64,000 nt of DNA from Escherichia coli. GTDB taxonomy: Bacteria > Pseudomonadota > Gammaproteobacteria > Enterobacterales > Enterobacteriaceae. The notes beneath the pieces are model-generated. The model had not been told where the DNA came from, made no database searches, and saw only the letters and a list, made by a program, of their open reading frames with translations. This document shows, in pieces, positions 14,901 through 24,361 of this stretch (within the stretch, counting starts at the first letter, position 1; each line of letters opens with the position of its first letter). Location: NCBI RefSeq assembly GCF_013315695.1, contig NZ_CP054353.1; one strand, 5' to 3'. Made by a program: the position numbers and the translations under genes.

Positions 14901-15724
14901 CTGTTATTTTCATCAATCATCACACCATTGTTTTGGTCATAATTATCATCAACAGAAATATCAATAAGATACGGGGATGTGGTGCTGCTGGTATAAATTG
15001 CTCCGCCATAACCTTCTGCATAGTTATTGGTAAAGGAGGTATTATTAATTATCGTTTTTCCTGAAAGATGTGTGTTATCCGTACTATTATCCGTAACATC
15101 AATGGCACCGCCGTCCCCATCACTATAGCTGGTTGATGTATATGCCTGATTATTATCAAAAATGACATCACTTAAATAAATATCATTATTGATAGAATAA
15201 ATAGCGCCACCTTTACCATCATTGGCGATATTATTCGCAAATATTGCATTAGTGATATTTAAATCCATATCACCGGCATCGTTTGTTCCCGCAGAATAGA
15301 TTGCTCCGCCATAGCCTCCTGCAACGTTACTGTCGAAAATAACATTCGCAAGATTTATCGTTGAGTTTTCTTTAGCAAAGATAGCTCCGCCATTATTATA
15401 TTCGCCACTAATCGAGTTATTAGCAAACAGGGTCATCCCTGTTTCATTTTGTGGTGATATCGTAAATTCAGCACTTTGCTGCAAAAATACGGCGCCACCG
15501 CTGGCATTATTGGCCATACCCGAAAAAATCACCCATTGCCCATCGGCGATGCTCCAGTCCTGCGTAATGCCTGAAAGGCTTTGCCTGCTGGCCTGACAAC
15601 TCGCTTTGATATCATATCCCTGGCATGAATCCAAAACCTCCGCGACACTGTTAACAGAGAAAAGAGATGCAATCATTGACGGGAGTAAAGATAAATACTC
15701 CTTGCGTAGAAAAATAATCCGCAT
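11966..15724 (-). CDS. yfaL: Type Va autotransporter adhesin YfaL (EhaC family)
   Basis: 1252-aa ORF, MRIIFLRKEYLSLLPSMIASLF...; passenger domain with GGAIY repeats; proline-rich PTPDPDPTPDPDPTPDPEPTP linker; C-terminal beta-barrel ending ...FLSMTVKW. Confidence 0.93.
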   Translation of the reverse strand: MRIIFLRKEYLSLLPSMIASLFSVNSVAEVLDSCQGYDIKASCQASRQSLSGITQDWSIADGQWVIFSGMANNASGGAVFLQQSAEFTISPQNETGMTLFANNSISGEYNNGGAIFAKENSTINLANVIFDSNVAGGYGGAIYSAGTNDAGDMDLNITNAIFANNIANDGKGGAIYSINNDIYLSDVIFDNNQAYTSTSYSDGDGGAIDVTDNSTDNTHLSGKTIINNTSFTNNYAEGYGGAIYTSSTTSPYLIDISVDDNYDQNNGVMIDENNSASGYDHSATAAAGGFMYIGHSVAEFNIAADKTLVIGNTSNDGAIDSLAGTGVIVKEGAGELVLNADNNAFTGEMSIQNGEVTLGRSDELMNVGDTHCQSDPQDCFGLMVGSTVHSEYQAELNVGNTQQTFVHSLTGFANGILNIDAGGNVTVNQGGFSGSIQGEGQLTVAQDGSYLLTGAQSMALTGDIVVEDNAVLSLAGNQADLRAMQSDPQSIVLNSGVLDLSDFTTWDGDSSYNDGLQISGSGGTVIGSNDVVDISSGDDLHIGGSDASQNGVYVVINAGDQRVTLANNNGYLGNTQIASGTLEVSDNSQLGDTSYNRSVIFTDPQQHSEMDVTTDVDIRSATTGQGRNIEMRADGEIHVEDGVDTQWGGLMADSTGQQLDSVSTLTKSGGGTLELTASGTATSAVRVEDGTLKGEAENIIPYVSSLWVGEDGVFETGQNQDIRSIDATSGGDIDITDGTVLRLTQQDTNQALDASLFSGDGTLVNATDGVTLTGELNTNLETDSLTYLSDVTVNGDLTNTSGAVSLQNGVAGDTLTVNGDYTGGGTLFLDSELNGDDSASDQLVLNGNTAGNTTVVINPITGIGEPTSTGIKVVDFAADPTQFQNNAQFSLAGSGYVNMGAYDYTLVEDNNDWYLRSQEVNPTPPPDPDPTPDPDPTPDPDPTPDPEPTPAYQPVLNAKVGGYFNNLRAANQAFVMERRDHAGGDGQTLNLRVIGGRYHYTAVGQLAQHEDTSTVQLSGNLFSGHWGDDGEWMLGIVGGYSDNQGDSRSNMTGTRADNQNHGYAVGLTSSWYQHGNQKQGAWLDSWLQYVWFNNDVSEQDDGVDHYHSSGIIASLEAGYQWLPGHGVVIEPQTQVIYQGVQQDDFTAANHARVSQSQGDDIQTRLGLHSEWRTAVGVTPTLDLNYYHDPHSTGIEEDGSTISDDAAKQRGEIKVGITGNISQRVSLRGSVAWQKGSDDFAQTAGFLSMTVKW

Positions 15725-15955
15725 ATTAATCTGACCATCATGTTCTATAAGACGGCATATTTAATCGCATTATACGATATGGGTTATTTTTCTTTTGTAA
15801 ATTGTTCAACCCGGTGCAATGGCTATTTTGTTATTATTTCATGAATAATATCAGTGCGTCATAATTCAAGTTAATCACCTTAAGGGATATCAGTTATGTT
15901 TAAACTGAATTAAAGTAATGAATAATTTTCTTATAATATAAGGTAAATTAACAAA

Positions 15956-16045
15956 ATGGCTTCGCATTTAACAACAACCGAAGAGAAAACAACCATTTCG
16001 ACATCAACAATCGCTTACATTCGCTTATATATTGACCATAACTGA
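15956..16045 (+). CDS. Candidate small ORF (29 aa, MASHLTTTEEKTTISTSTIAYIRLYIDHN) in the yfaL-nrdA intergenic region
   Basis: ATG with aagg 12 nt upstream; no family assignment possible; may be non-coding. Confidence 0.2.
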   Translation: MASHLTTTEEKTTISTSTIAYIRLYIDHN

Positions 16046-16257
16046 TACATCAGATTATGTGATGACTCGTGCTTAGATCAATTTTTGCAATCATTAGCCA
16101 AAAGATTAATAAACCATCTATATCAATTTATCTAACCTATTCTTCCGTTCAAGAAATCGCCGAACAGTTATTTTTAACAAATTTTTCTCTTCCCATTGAC
16201 TTTCCCGGACACCTTGTCTGACCTAAGGTGCGCGAAAGCCACTTTTTCCTTCCTGAG

Positions 16258-16277
16258 TTATCCACAAAGTTATGCAC
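16258..16277 (+). promoter_or_regulatory. Tandem DnaA-box-like sequences upstream of nrdA (ttatccaca, ttatgcac)
   Basis: Match to the TTATNCACA DnaA box; DnaA boxes are known in the nrdAB promoter. Confidence 0.55.
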
Positions 16278-16296
16278 TTGCAAGAGGGCCATTTTC

Positions 16297-16343
16297 ACAC
16301 TATCTTGCAGTGAATCCCAAACATACCCCCTATATATAGTGTT
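16297..16343 (+). promoter_or_regulatory. Two NrdR-box-like palindromes (acactatcttgcagtg and ccctatatatagtgtt) in the nrdA promoter / 5' leader
   Basis: Partial inverted repeats resembling the NrdR box, located about 80-120 nt upstream of the nrdA ATG. Confidence 0.5.
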
Positions 16344-16419
16344 CTAAGCAGCTTCCCTCACTACAGGTAGTCTGCATGAAACTATTGCGGAAAGAATTCC
16401 AAAAACAGGTACGACATAC

Positions 16420-18705
16420 ATGAATCAGAATCTGCTGGTGACAAAGCGCGACGGTAGCACAGAGCGCATCAATCTCGACAAAATCCATCGCGTTCTGGAT
16501 TGGGCGGCAGAAGGACTGCATAACGTTTCGATTTCCCAGGTCGAACTGCGCTCCCACATTCAGTTTTATGACGGTATCAAGACCTCTGACATCCACGAAA
16601 CCATTATCAAGGCTGCCGCAGACCTGATCTCCCGTGATGCGCCGGATTATCAGTATCTCGCCGCGCGCCTGGCGATCTTCCACCTGCGTAAAAAAGCCTA
16701 CGGCCAGTTTGAGCCGCCTGCGCTGTACGACCACGTGGTGAAAATGGTCGAGATGGGCAAATACGATAATCATCTGCTGGAAGACTACACGGAAGAAGAG
16801 TTCAAGCAGATGGACACGTTTATCGATCACGACCGTGATATGACCTTCTCTTATGCTGCCGTTAAGCAGCTGGAAGGCAAATATCTGGTGCAGAACCGTG
16901 TGACCGGCGAAATCTACGAAAGCGCCCAGTTCCTTTATATTCTGGTTGCCGCGTGCCTGTTCTCGAACTACCCGCGTGAAACGCGCCTGCAATACGTGAA
17001 GCGTTTTTACGACGCGGTTTCCACATTTAAAATTTCGCTGCCGACGCCAATCATGTCCGGCGTGCGTACCCCGACTCGTCAGTTCAGCTCCTGCGTACTG
17101 ATCGAGTGCGGCGACAGCCTGGATTCCATCAACGCCACCTCCAGCGCGATTGTTAAATACGTTTCCCAGCGTGCCGGGATCGGCATCAACGCCGGGCGTA
17201 TTCGTGCGCTGGGTAGCCCGATTCGCGGTGGCGAAGCGTTCCATACCGGTTGTATTCCGTTCTATAAGCATTTCCAGACAGCGGTGAAATCCTGCTCTCA
17301 GGGCGGTGTGCGCGGCGGTGCGGCAACACTGTTCTACCCGATGTGGCATCTGGAAGTGGAAAGCCTGCTGGTGTTGAAAAACAACCGTGGGGTTGAAGGC
17401 AACCGCGTGCGTCATATGGACTACGGGGTACAAATCAACAAACTGATGTATACCCGTCTGCTGAAAGGTGAAGATATCACCCTGTTCAGCCCGTCCGACG
17501 TACCGGGGCTGTACGACGCGTTCTTCGCCGATCAGGAAGAGTTTGAACGCCTGTACACCAAATATGAGAAAGATGACAGCATCCGCAAGCAGCGTGTGAA
17601 AGCCGTTGAGCTGTTCTCGCTGATGATGCAGGAACGTGCGTCTACCGGTCGTATCTATATTCAGAACGTAGACCACTGCAACACCCACAGCCCGTTTGAT
17701 CCGGCTATTGCACCAGTGCGCCAGTCTAACCTGTGCCTGGAAATCGCCCTACCGACCAAACCACTGAACGACGTCAACGACGAGAACGGTGAAATCGCGC
17801 TGTGTACGCTTTCTGCTTTCAACCTGGGCGCAATTAACAGCCTGGATGAACTGGAAGAGCTGGCAATTCTGGCGGTTCGCGCACTCGACGCACTGCTGGA
17901 TTATCAGGATTACCCGATCCCGGCCGCTAAACGTGGAGCGATGGGGCGTCGTACGCTGGGTATTGGTGTGATCAACTTCGCTTACTATCTGGCGAAGCAC
18001 GGTAAACGCTACTCCGACGGCAGCGCCAACAACCTGACGCATAAAACCTTCGAAGCCATTCAGTATTACCTGCTGAAAGCGTCTAATGAGCTGGCGAAAG
18101 AGCAAGGCGCGTGCCCGTGGTTTAACGAAACCACTTACGCGAAAGGGATCCTGCCGATCGATACCTATAAGAAAGATCTGGATGCCATCGCTAATGAGCC
18201 GCTGCATTACGACTGGGAAGCACTGCGTGAGTCAATCAAAACGCACGGCCTGCGTAACTCCACGCTTTCTGCTCTGATGCCGTCAGAGACCTCTTCGCAG
18301 ATCTCTAACGCCACTAACGGTATTGAACCGCCGCGTGGTTACGTCAGCATCAAAGCGTCGAAAGACGGTATTCTGCGCCAGGTGGTGCCGGACTACGAGC
18401 ATCTGCACGACGCCTATGAACTGCTGTGGGAAATGCCGGGTAACGATGGCTATCTGCAACTGGTGGGTATCATGCAGAAATTTATCGATCAGTCGATCTC
18501 TGCTAACACCAACTACGATCCGTCACGCTTCCCGTCAGGAAAAGTGCCGATGCAGCAACTGCTGAAAGACCTGCTCACCGCCTACAAATTCGGGGTTAAA
18601 ACGCTGTATTATCAGAACACCCGTGACGGTGCTGAAGACGCACAAGACGATCTGGTGCCGTCAATCCAGGACGATGGCTGCGAAAGCGGCGCATGTAAGA
18701 TCTGA
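16420..18705 (+). CDS. nrdA: Ribonucleoside-diphosphate reductase 1, alpha subunit
   Basis: 761-aa ORF MNQNLLVTKRDGSTERINLDKIHRVLDWAAEGL...; class Ia RNR large subunit. Confidence 0.98.
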   Translation: MNQNLLVTKRDGSTERINLDKIHRVLDWAAEGLHNVSISQVELRSHIQFYDGIKTSDIHETIIKAAADLISRDAPDYQYLAARLAIFHLRKKAYGQFEPPALYDHVVKMVEMGKYDNHLLEDYTEEEFKQMDTFIDHDRDMTFSYAAVKQLEGKYLVQNRVTGEIYESAQFLYILVAACLFSNYPRETRLQYVKRFYDAVSTFKISLPTPIMSGVRTPTRQFSSCVLIECGDSLDSINATSSAIVKYVSQRAGIGINAGRIRALGSPIRGGEAFHTGCIPFYKHFQTAVKSCSQGGVRGGAATLFYPMWHLEVESLLVLKNNRGVEGNRVRHMDYGVQINKLMYTRLLKGEDITLFSPSDVPGLYDAFFADQEEFERLYTKYEKDDSIRKQRVKAVELFSLMMQERASTGRIYIQNVDHCNTHSPFDPAIAPVRQSNLCLEIALPTKPLNDVNDENGEIALCTLSAFNLGAINSLDELEELAILAVRALDALLDYQDYPIPAAKRGAMGRRTLGIGVINFAYYLAKHGKRYSDGSANNLTHKTFEAIQYYLLKASNELAKEQGACPWFNETTYAKGILPIDTYKKDLDAIANEPLHYDWEALRESIKTHGLRNSTLSALMPSETSSQISNATNGIEPPRGYVSIKASKDGILRQVVPDYEHLHDAYELLWEMPGNDGYLQLVGIMQKFIDQSISANTNYDPSRFPSGKVPMQQLLKDLLTAYKFGVKTLYYQNTRDGAEDAQDDLVPSIQDDGCESGACKI

Positions 18706-18713
18706 TATTGAGA

Positions 18714-18827
18714 TGCCGGATGCGGCGTGAACGCCTTATCCGGCATACGGCTCGGTTTGTAGGCCTGATAAGACGCGCCAGCGTCGCATCAGGCACAGGA
18801 TGCGGCGTAAAATGCCTTATCCGGCAT
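18714..18827. repeat. Cluster of three REP elements between nrdA and nrdB
   Basis: tgccggatgcggcgtgaacgccttatccggcatac / gtaggcctgataagacgcgccagcgtcgcatcaggc / ggatgcggcgtaaaatgccttatccggcat. Confidence 0.8.
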
Positions 18828-18850
18828 TAAACTCCCAACAGGACACATTC

Positions 18851-19981
18851 ATGGCATATACCACCTTTTCACAGACGAAAAATGATCAGCTGAAAGAACC
18901 GATGTTCTTTGGTCAGCCGGTTAACGTGGCTCGCTACGATCAGCAAAAATATGACATCTTCGAAAAGCTGATCGAAAAGCAGCTCTCTTTCTTCTGGCGT
19001 CCGGAAGAAGTTGACGTTTCTCGTGACCGTATCGATTACCAGGCACTACCTGAACACGAAAAACACATCTTTATCAGCAACCTGAAATATCAGACGCTGC
19101 TGGACTCCATTCAGGGTCGCAGCCCGAACGTGGCACTGCTGCCGCTGATCTCGATCCCTGAACTGGAAACCTGGGTCGAAACCTGGGCGTTCTCAGAAAC
19201 CATTCACTCTCGTTCTTATACCCATATCATTCGTAATATCGTTAACGATCCGTCCGTTGTGTTTGACGATATCGTCACCAACGAGCAGATCCAGAAACGT
19301 GCGGAAGGGATCTCCAGCTATTACGATGAACTGATCGAAATGACCAGCTACTGGCATCTGCTGGGCGAAGGCACCCACACCGTTAACGGTAAAACCGTGA
19401 CCGTTAGCCTGCGCGAGCTGAAGAAAAAACTGTATCTCTGCCTGATGAGCGTTAACGCGCTGGAAGCGATCCGTTTCTACGTCAGCTTTGCCTGCTCTTT
19501 CGCATTCGCTGAACGTGAGCTGATGGAAGGTAACGCCAAAATTATTCGCCTGATTGCCCGCGACGAAGCCCTGCACCTGACCGGCACCCAGCATATGCTG
19601 AATCTGCTGCGCAGCGGCGCGGATGATCCGGAGATGGCGGAAATTGCCGAAGAATGTAAGCAGGAGTGCTATGACCTGTTTGTCCAGGCGGCACAGCAAG
19701 AGAAAGACTGGGCGGATTATCTGTTCCGTGACGGTTCGATGATTGGTCTGAATAAAGACATTCTCTGCCAGTACGTCGAGTACATCACCAACATCCGCAT
19801 GCAAGCTGTCGGTTTGGATCTACCGTTCCAGACACGTTCCAACCCGATCCCGTGGATCAACACCTGGCTGGTGTCTGATAACGTACAAGTTGCCCCACAG
19901 GAAGTTGAGGTGAGTTCTTATCTGGTCGGGCAGATTGACGCGGAAGTGGACACCGACGATTTGAGTAACTTCCAGCTCTGA
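18851..19981 (+). CDS. nrdB: Ribonucleoside-diphosphate reductase 1, beta subunit
   Basis: Start placed at [22 protein letters not shown]... within track ORF 18800..19981; ends ...DDLSNFQL. Confidence 0.97.
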   Translation: MAYTTFSQTKNDQLKEPMFFGQPVNVARYDQQKYDIFEKLIEKQLSFFWRPEEVDVSRDRIDYQALPEHEKHIFISNLKYQTLLDSIQGRSPNVALLPLISIPELETWVETWAFSETIHSRSYTHIIRNIVNDPSVVFDDIVTNEQIQKRAEGISSYYDELIEMTSYWHLLGEGTHTVNGKTVTVSLRELKKKLYLCLMSVNALEAIRFYVSFACSFAFAERELMEGNAKIIRLIARDEALHLTGTQHMLNLLRSGADDPEMAEIAEECKQECYDLFVQAAQQEKDWADYLFRDGSMIGLNKDILCQYVEYITNIRMQAVGLDLPFQTRSNPIPWINTWLVSDNVQVAPQEVEVSSYLVGQIDAEVDTDDLSNFQL

Positions 19982-20235
19982 TGGCCCGCGTTACCCTGCG
20001 CATCACTGGCACACAGCTGCTGTGCCAGGATGAACACCCTTCCCTTCTGGCGGCGCTGGAATCCCACAATGTGGCGGTTGAGTATCAGTGCCGCGAAGGT
20101 TACTGCGGTTCCTGTCGCACACGCCTTGTTGCAGGCCAGGTGGACTGGATTGCCGAACCGTTAGCCTTTATTCAGCCGGGGGAAATTTTGCCCTGTTGTT
20201 GCCGGGCAAAAGGCGATATTGAAATCGAGTTGTGA
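19981..20235 (+). CDS. yfaE: 2Fe-2S ferredoxin YfaE (RNR diferric-tyrosyl cofactor maintenance)
   Basis: 84-aa ORF with Cys cluster CREGYCGSCRTRL...CCC; ATG overlaps the nrdB stop. Confidence 0.93.
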   Translation: MARVTLRITGTQLLCQDEHPSLLAALESHNVAVEYQCREGYCGSCRTRLVAGQVDWIAEPLAFIQPGEILPCCCRAKGDIEIEL

Positions 20236-20247
20236 TCGGGTACTAGC

Positions 20248-20283
20248 GCCAGATACGACGCTTACGCGTATTATCTGGCCTAC
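20248..20283. repeat. REP-like palindromic unit between convergent yfaE and inaA (probable bidirectional terminator)
   Basis: gccagatacgacgcttacgcgtattatctggcctac. Confidence 0.6.
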
Positions 20284-20288
20284 AACGA

Positions 20289-20939
20289 TTACATGGCGTA
20301 GTAATACGCTTTCACCTGCTCCCAGTCCGCTTTAGGGATCGGCTCCAGATATTTTTCCAGCTGGCGGAAGTCATGATTAATCGCTTTATCACGACGCAAG
20401 CGGCGACGACTTTTCTCCAGGTCAAGAAATCCAGCTTCTGCCTTACCTTCTGTTTTCACATAGATATGGCGAACATAACAACAGCCATGCTGACAATTAA
20501 CGCTATGCATTTTCTTAAACGCCAGCGCCACTGCTTTCAACATGGCTTGCCGTACTTCGTCAGAATAAGGCGATACTGCATGCCGGGCATACCAGTCAGC
20601 AATGCTGATGAACCCCGCCATATCTTCAGTCACCAGCAACGCGCGCCATTCCCCCTCAATTTTCACCGCTTCACCAAAAACGATCTTCGGCACGATGACA
20701 CCAGCCCGTTCCAGTTCTTTAATTACCGCAACCTCACGGACAATCGTTGGTCGACCGAACGGATAACGTACGGAATGAAACAGATGATGCGTCATGCGCT
20801 TTACATATAGCTTTTTGCCGTTGCGCTCGACGCATTGCACCCCGCTCATACCATTACGGCGATAGTTAGGCTCTTCAACCCAGTCGCCCTCTGTTGCCCA
20901 CCAGTGATTAAATTCGTCGTGCTTTGCTGAAACTGCCAT
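20289..20939 (-). CDS. inaA: Acid-inducible Kdo/WaaP-family kinase InaA
   Basis: 216-aa ORF MAVSAKHDEFNHWWATEGDWVEEPNYRRNGMSGVQ... Confidence 0.93.
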   Translation of the reverse strand: MAVSAKHDEFNHWWATEGDWVEEPNYRRNGMSGVQCVERNGKKLYVKRMTHHLFHSVRYPFGRPTIVREVAVIKELERAGVIVPKIVFGEAVKIEGEWRALLVTEDMAGFISIADWYARHAVSPYSDEVRQAMLKAVALAFKKMHSVNCQHGCCYVRHIYVKTEGKAEAGFLDLEKSRRRLRRDKAINHDFRQLEKYLEPIPKADWEQVKAYYYAM

Positions 20940-21019
20940 ACCCTATCGCCTGTCATTTTTTATTTACGACAATGACTATAGGTGGTTACCTGCGAAAAAT
21001 CTTAATGAAACGTGTCGTA

Positions 21020-22210
21020 TTAATGAATTTCTTTTGCCACTACTAGCGCGACACCGCTTTTGCCCTTCATTTGCAGCGCATAGACTCCACCAGCCACTAC
21101 CACTAATAGTGCACCCAGCAGATAAATCATTCGGTAGCCAGTATGTGCAACCATCATCCCCATCACACAGGCTCCCAGCGCCAGGCCTGCATCCATCGCA
21201 TTGAAGAAGAGGGAGTTTGCGACACCGATTTTATGCGGTTCCACTGAACTGATAATCTGCGTCTGAAAAACTGGCGTCACGGAACCATACCCGATACCAA
21301 TCAATGCGCCAGAAACAACCATCATTATGCTTCCCTGGGTGTAGCCGAGAACCACCAGTCCTACCGTAAAGAACACAAGGCAAGGGTAAACCACATATTT
21401 CGGTCCTTTTTTGTCGCAGACATTGCCGGTAAAGGTACGGCAGATCATCAGGAAGATAGCGTAGCAAAGCAGGAAATTACTGGCTGCCGACATCAGGTTA
21501 AGTTCGCGTGCATAAAGCGCCAGAAAAGCAGAAACCCCGGCATACGAAAAGGTCATAAAAAAGGTGACCATCGCAAATGGCAACGCCGCGCGATCGAACA
21601 TGGCGGCGAAGCCCATTTTCGGCGTTGAACCATCAGCATGGCTGATAACCGGCGGCACTGTCATAATCAGCGACAGAATAATCCCCACCGCTGCCACGCC
21701 GGTGCATAACCAGAAAGCCATATTAAAGGCCTCCCAGCGCGCCATATTCAGGCCAATCCACGGCCCGACCACCATTGCCAGCCCCATTGCCAGAGAGAAA
21801 AAACTGATGCCCTCCCCACGTCGGGAGGCCGGGATCAGCCGCGCGGAAATCGTTCCTTTTACCGTAGTGATAACCCCGAAGGTAATACCATGAAGCACCC
21901 GAATAAAAAGCAGTGATTCAATTGAGTGGCAAAAAGGATACAGCGCAGTGACCACCAAGAAGGCCAGAGAAGAGAGCCCCAGAATAGTTTTATTCGAGTA
22001 TTTGCCCACCCATTGCCCGGCAAAGGGGCGAATAACAATGGCGGCAATTAAAAATAAAGTCACCAACAAACCTGCTTTATCAGGAGAGGCATGCAAGCGG
22101 TCTGAGATATAAATTGGCAACAATGTTAGTAAAACATAAAAGACGAAGAAAATAATAAAGCTGATGATGGTTATTGCCCAAAAATCCTTCGTCCATAACT
22201 TCTCTTTCAT
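21020..22210 (-). CDS. MFS transporter (12-TM, substrate unknown)
   Basis: 396-aa highly hydrophobic ORF MKEKLWTKDFWAITIISFIIFFVFYVLLTLLPIYISDRL...; not present between inaA and glpQ in K-12 as I recall it. Confidence 0.8.
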   Translation of the reverse strand: MKEKLWTKDFWAITIISFIIFFVFYVLLTLLPIYISDRLHASPDKAGLLVTLFLIAAIVIRPFAGQWVGKYSNKTILGLSSLAFLVVTALYPFCHSIESLLFIRVLHGITFGVITTVKGTISARLIPASRRGEGISFFSLAMGLAMVVGPWIGLNMARWEAFNMAFWLCTGVAAVGIILSLIMTVPPVISHADGSTPKMGFAAMFDRAALPFAMVTFFMTFSYAGVSAFLALYARELNLMSAASNFLLCYAIFLMICRTFTGNVCDKKGPKYVVYPCLVFFTVGLVVLGYTQGSIMMVVSGALIGIGYGSVTPVFQTQIISSVEPHKIGVANSLFFNAMDAGLALGACVMGMMVAHTGYRMIYLLGALLVVVAGGVYALQMKGKSGVALVVAKEIH

Positions 22211-22361
22211 ACCCTACCGCCTGTCAGGATGACGCACGCAGACAACACTCCCGTTACTGCGGTTGCGTCAAATTGTGATGTACTTTGCAGAACAGAAGTA
22301 TAAATGGCGGCATGCTATTAGAGAAATTAATCGTTTTAATATTATTGATTAGCAAACTCTA

Positions 22362-23261
22362 ATGACTCTTACCCAAATAAATTCTTTACTCGCCGTGCTG
22401 GATTACGGTGGCTTTACTGAAGCCAGCAAGCGATTGTTCATGACGCAGTCGGCGGTAAGTCAGGCAATTGCTGCCCTCGAACAAGAACTTGGCGTGAATA
22501 TACTGTTACGCGATCGCCGTAAAGCTATACAACTGACCTCTGCAGGTCACCGCATTATGCATCATCTGCGCGCCATTAATCGGGAAGTGAACGCAGTAAA
22601 AGAGATAGCCGAGCAGGAAAAGCAGAACCCTCAAAGAACGCTGAGACTTGGTTGTTTCCCCAGCGTCTGCGCCTGTATCTTACCGGCTGTGATTCGCTAC
22701 TTTGAAATTCATCATCCGAATATAAAAATTATTCCTTTTGAGGAAAATAGCACAGCGATTATTGATTCCCTTCAGAATGAATCCATTGATGCCGGTTTTG
22801 TTCATTTTCCGGTGAGCGGAATGTACTCCGTGCCCATTTATCAGGATAAATTCACCGTAGTGTTACCGCCCAACCATGCTCTGGCAAAAAACAGCACTAT
22901 TACAGTGGAAGAGTTAATGGGTGAACCATTAATTATTAGTAAAGGACGCTATGAATTAAGCATTATGGCACTATTTAAAGAAAAGAATATTACCCCACAG
23001 ATAAAATATGAATTTAATCACCCGGATACAGCGATCAGTTTTATTCGACAGGGATTAGGCATCGCCTTATTACCAGAGTTAACGCTGAAAACCATTGCAG
23101 ATGAATTGTGTTCCGTTCCTCTCGAACCAACCTTCTATCGACAGATTTCGTTGCTGGCTAAAGAAAAGCCGGTAGAAGGCAGTCCACTGTTTTTACTACA
23201 AATGTGCACAGAACAATTAGTGGAGAGTGGAAAATTTGATATGAGACAGGATGGCGCATGA
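22362..23261 (+). CDS. yfaH: LysR-family transcriptional regulator (intact counterpart of the K-12 yfaH pseudogene locus)
   Basis: 299-aa ORF; N-terminal HTH ...FTEASKRLFMTQSAVSQAIAALEQELGVNILLRDRRKAIQLTSAG; divergent from the MFS gene. Confidence 0.75.
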   Translation: MTLTQINSLLAVLDYGGFTEASKRLFMTQSAVSQAIAALEQELGVNILLRDRRKAIQLTSAGHRIMHHLRAINREVNAVKEIAEQEKQNPQRTLRLGCFPSVCACILPAVIRYFEIHHPNIKIIPFEENSTAIIDSLQNESIDAGFVHFPVSGMYSVPIYQDKFTVVLPPNHALAKNSTITVEELMGEPLIISKGRYELSIMALFKEKNITPQIKYEFNHPDTAISFIRQGLGIALLPELTLKTIADELCSVPLEPTFYRQISLLAKEKPVEGSPLFLLQMCTEQLVESGKFDMRQDGA

Positions 23262-23280
23262 ACGCCATCCTGCAGTAGCA

Positions 23281-24357
23281 TTACTCTTTATTAAGGAATT
23301 TTACTGCCTTATCAGGGAAATCAGTAAACAGCCCATTTACACCCGCTTTGTTATACAGAGCATCATATAACTGATTCACATCAGTAGTGTATTCAGGCAG
23401 CTTATCTGACCGCACGGTGTAAGGATGCACTACCAGTTTATTCTGCTGAGCATCTTGCACCATGCCAGTGAGTTTGATATTACCTGGCTGCGATGTCTCC
23501 TCAATCAACATATGGTAATCCGGACCAATACCATCAGCATATTCCGCCACCTGTTTCATGGCCCCCGGCTTAAACATCCAGTCGTAGTTGTAATTAACCC
23601 AGCTTCCGTCCGGCTGTTTCTGCTGAGTTTCGTTCCAGTCGGTATAGGCAATCAGCTGTACCAGATTGAGGTCCATGCCCATTTTAGGTTCCAGCTCATT
23701 CTTAATACGCTTCAGTTCATCGGCATCAAAACATTGCAAATAAACTTTGTCGTCCTTACCGGTGTAACCATATTTCTTCAGCACTTCCAGCGTTTTTGCC
23801 GCAATATCCTTCCCTTCCTGATGATGGAACCACGGCGCTTTAATCTCCGGGTAGATACCAATATTTTTCCCGGTAGAGTGATTTAACCCCTGAACAAATT
23901 CAATCTCTTCTTCAAAGGTGTGCACCCGGAAGTCGGACTTACCCATTGGGAAACGCCCCGGATAAGTCTGTACTTTCTTACCGTTTTCAATATCGAAACC
24001 TTCGGTAAATTTCAGTGACTTAATTTCATCGAGCGTGAAATCTATCGCGTAGTAACGACCGTCTTTGCGCGCCCGATCCGGGAAACGATCGGCAACATCA
24101 GTAACACGATCGAGATAATGGTCATGCAGAACAACCAGATGGTCGTCTTTGGTCATCACCAAATCCTGTTCCAGATAATCCGCTCCCTGCGCATACGCCA
24201 TCGCTTTTGCTGGCAGCGTATGCTCCGGCAAATATCCACTGGCACCGCGATGGGCGATGACTATTTTTTCGTTGCTGTCCGCCGCCATTGCACTGCTTCC
24301 CATGATCATTCCACTCATCATGATCGCCATGCTAAGGTTTTTCAGCGTCAATTTCAT
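23281..24357 (-). CDS. glpQ: Periplasmic glycerophosphodiester phosphodiesterase
   Basis: Start placed at MKLTLKNLSMAIMMSG... (signal peptide) within track ORF 23281..24414; HRGASGYLPEHT active-site motif. Confidence 0.96.
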   Translation of the reverse strand: MKLTLKNLSMAIMMSGMIMGSSAMAADSNEKIVIAHRGASGYLPEHTLPAKAMAYAQGADYLEQDLVMTKDDHLVVLHDHYLDRVTDVADRFPDRARKDGRYYAIDFTLDEIKSLKFTEGFDIENGKKVQTYPGRFPMGKSDFRVHTFEEEIEFVQGLNHSTGKNIGIYPEIKAPWFHHQEGKDIAAKTLEVLKKYGYTGKDDKVYLQCFDADELKRIKNELEPKMGMDLNLVQLIAYTDWNETQQKQPDGSWVNYNYDWMFKPGAMKQVAEYADGIGPDYHMLIEETSQPGNIKLTGMVQDAQQNKLVVHPYTVRSDKLPEYTTDVNQLYDALYNKAGVNGLFTDFPDKAVKFLNKE

Positions 24358-24361
24358 GCCA

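Noticed and set aside
16330-17688. 452-aa minus-strand ORF antisense to nrdA
   Set aside because: Lies entirely within the well-supported nrdA CDS on the opposite strand; low-complexity sequence with no recognisable motifs; typical antisense open frame in GC3-biased coding DNA.
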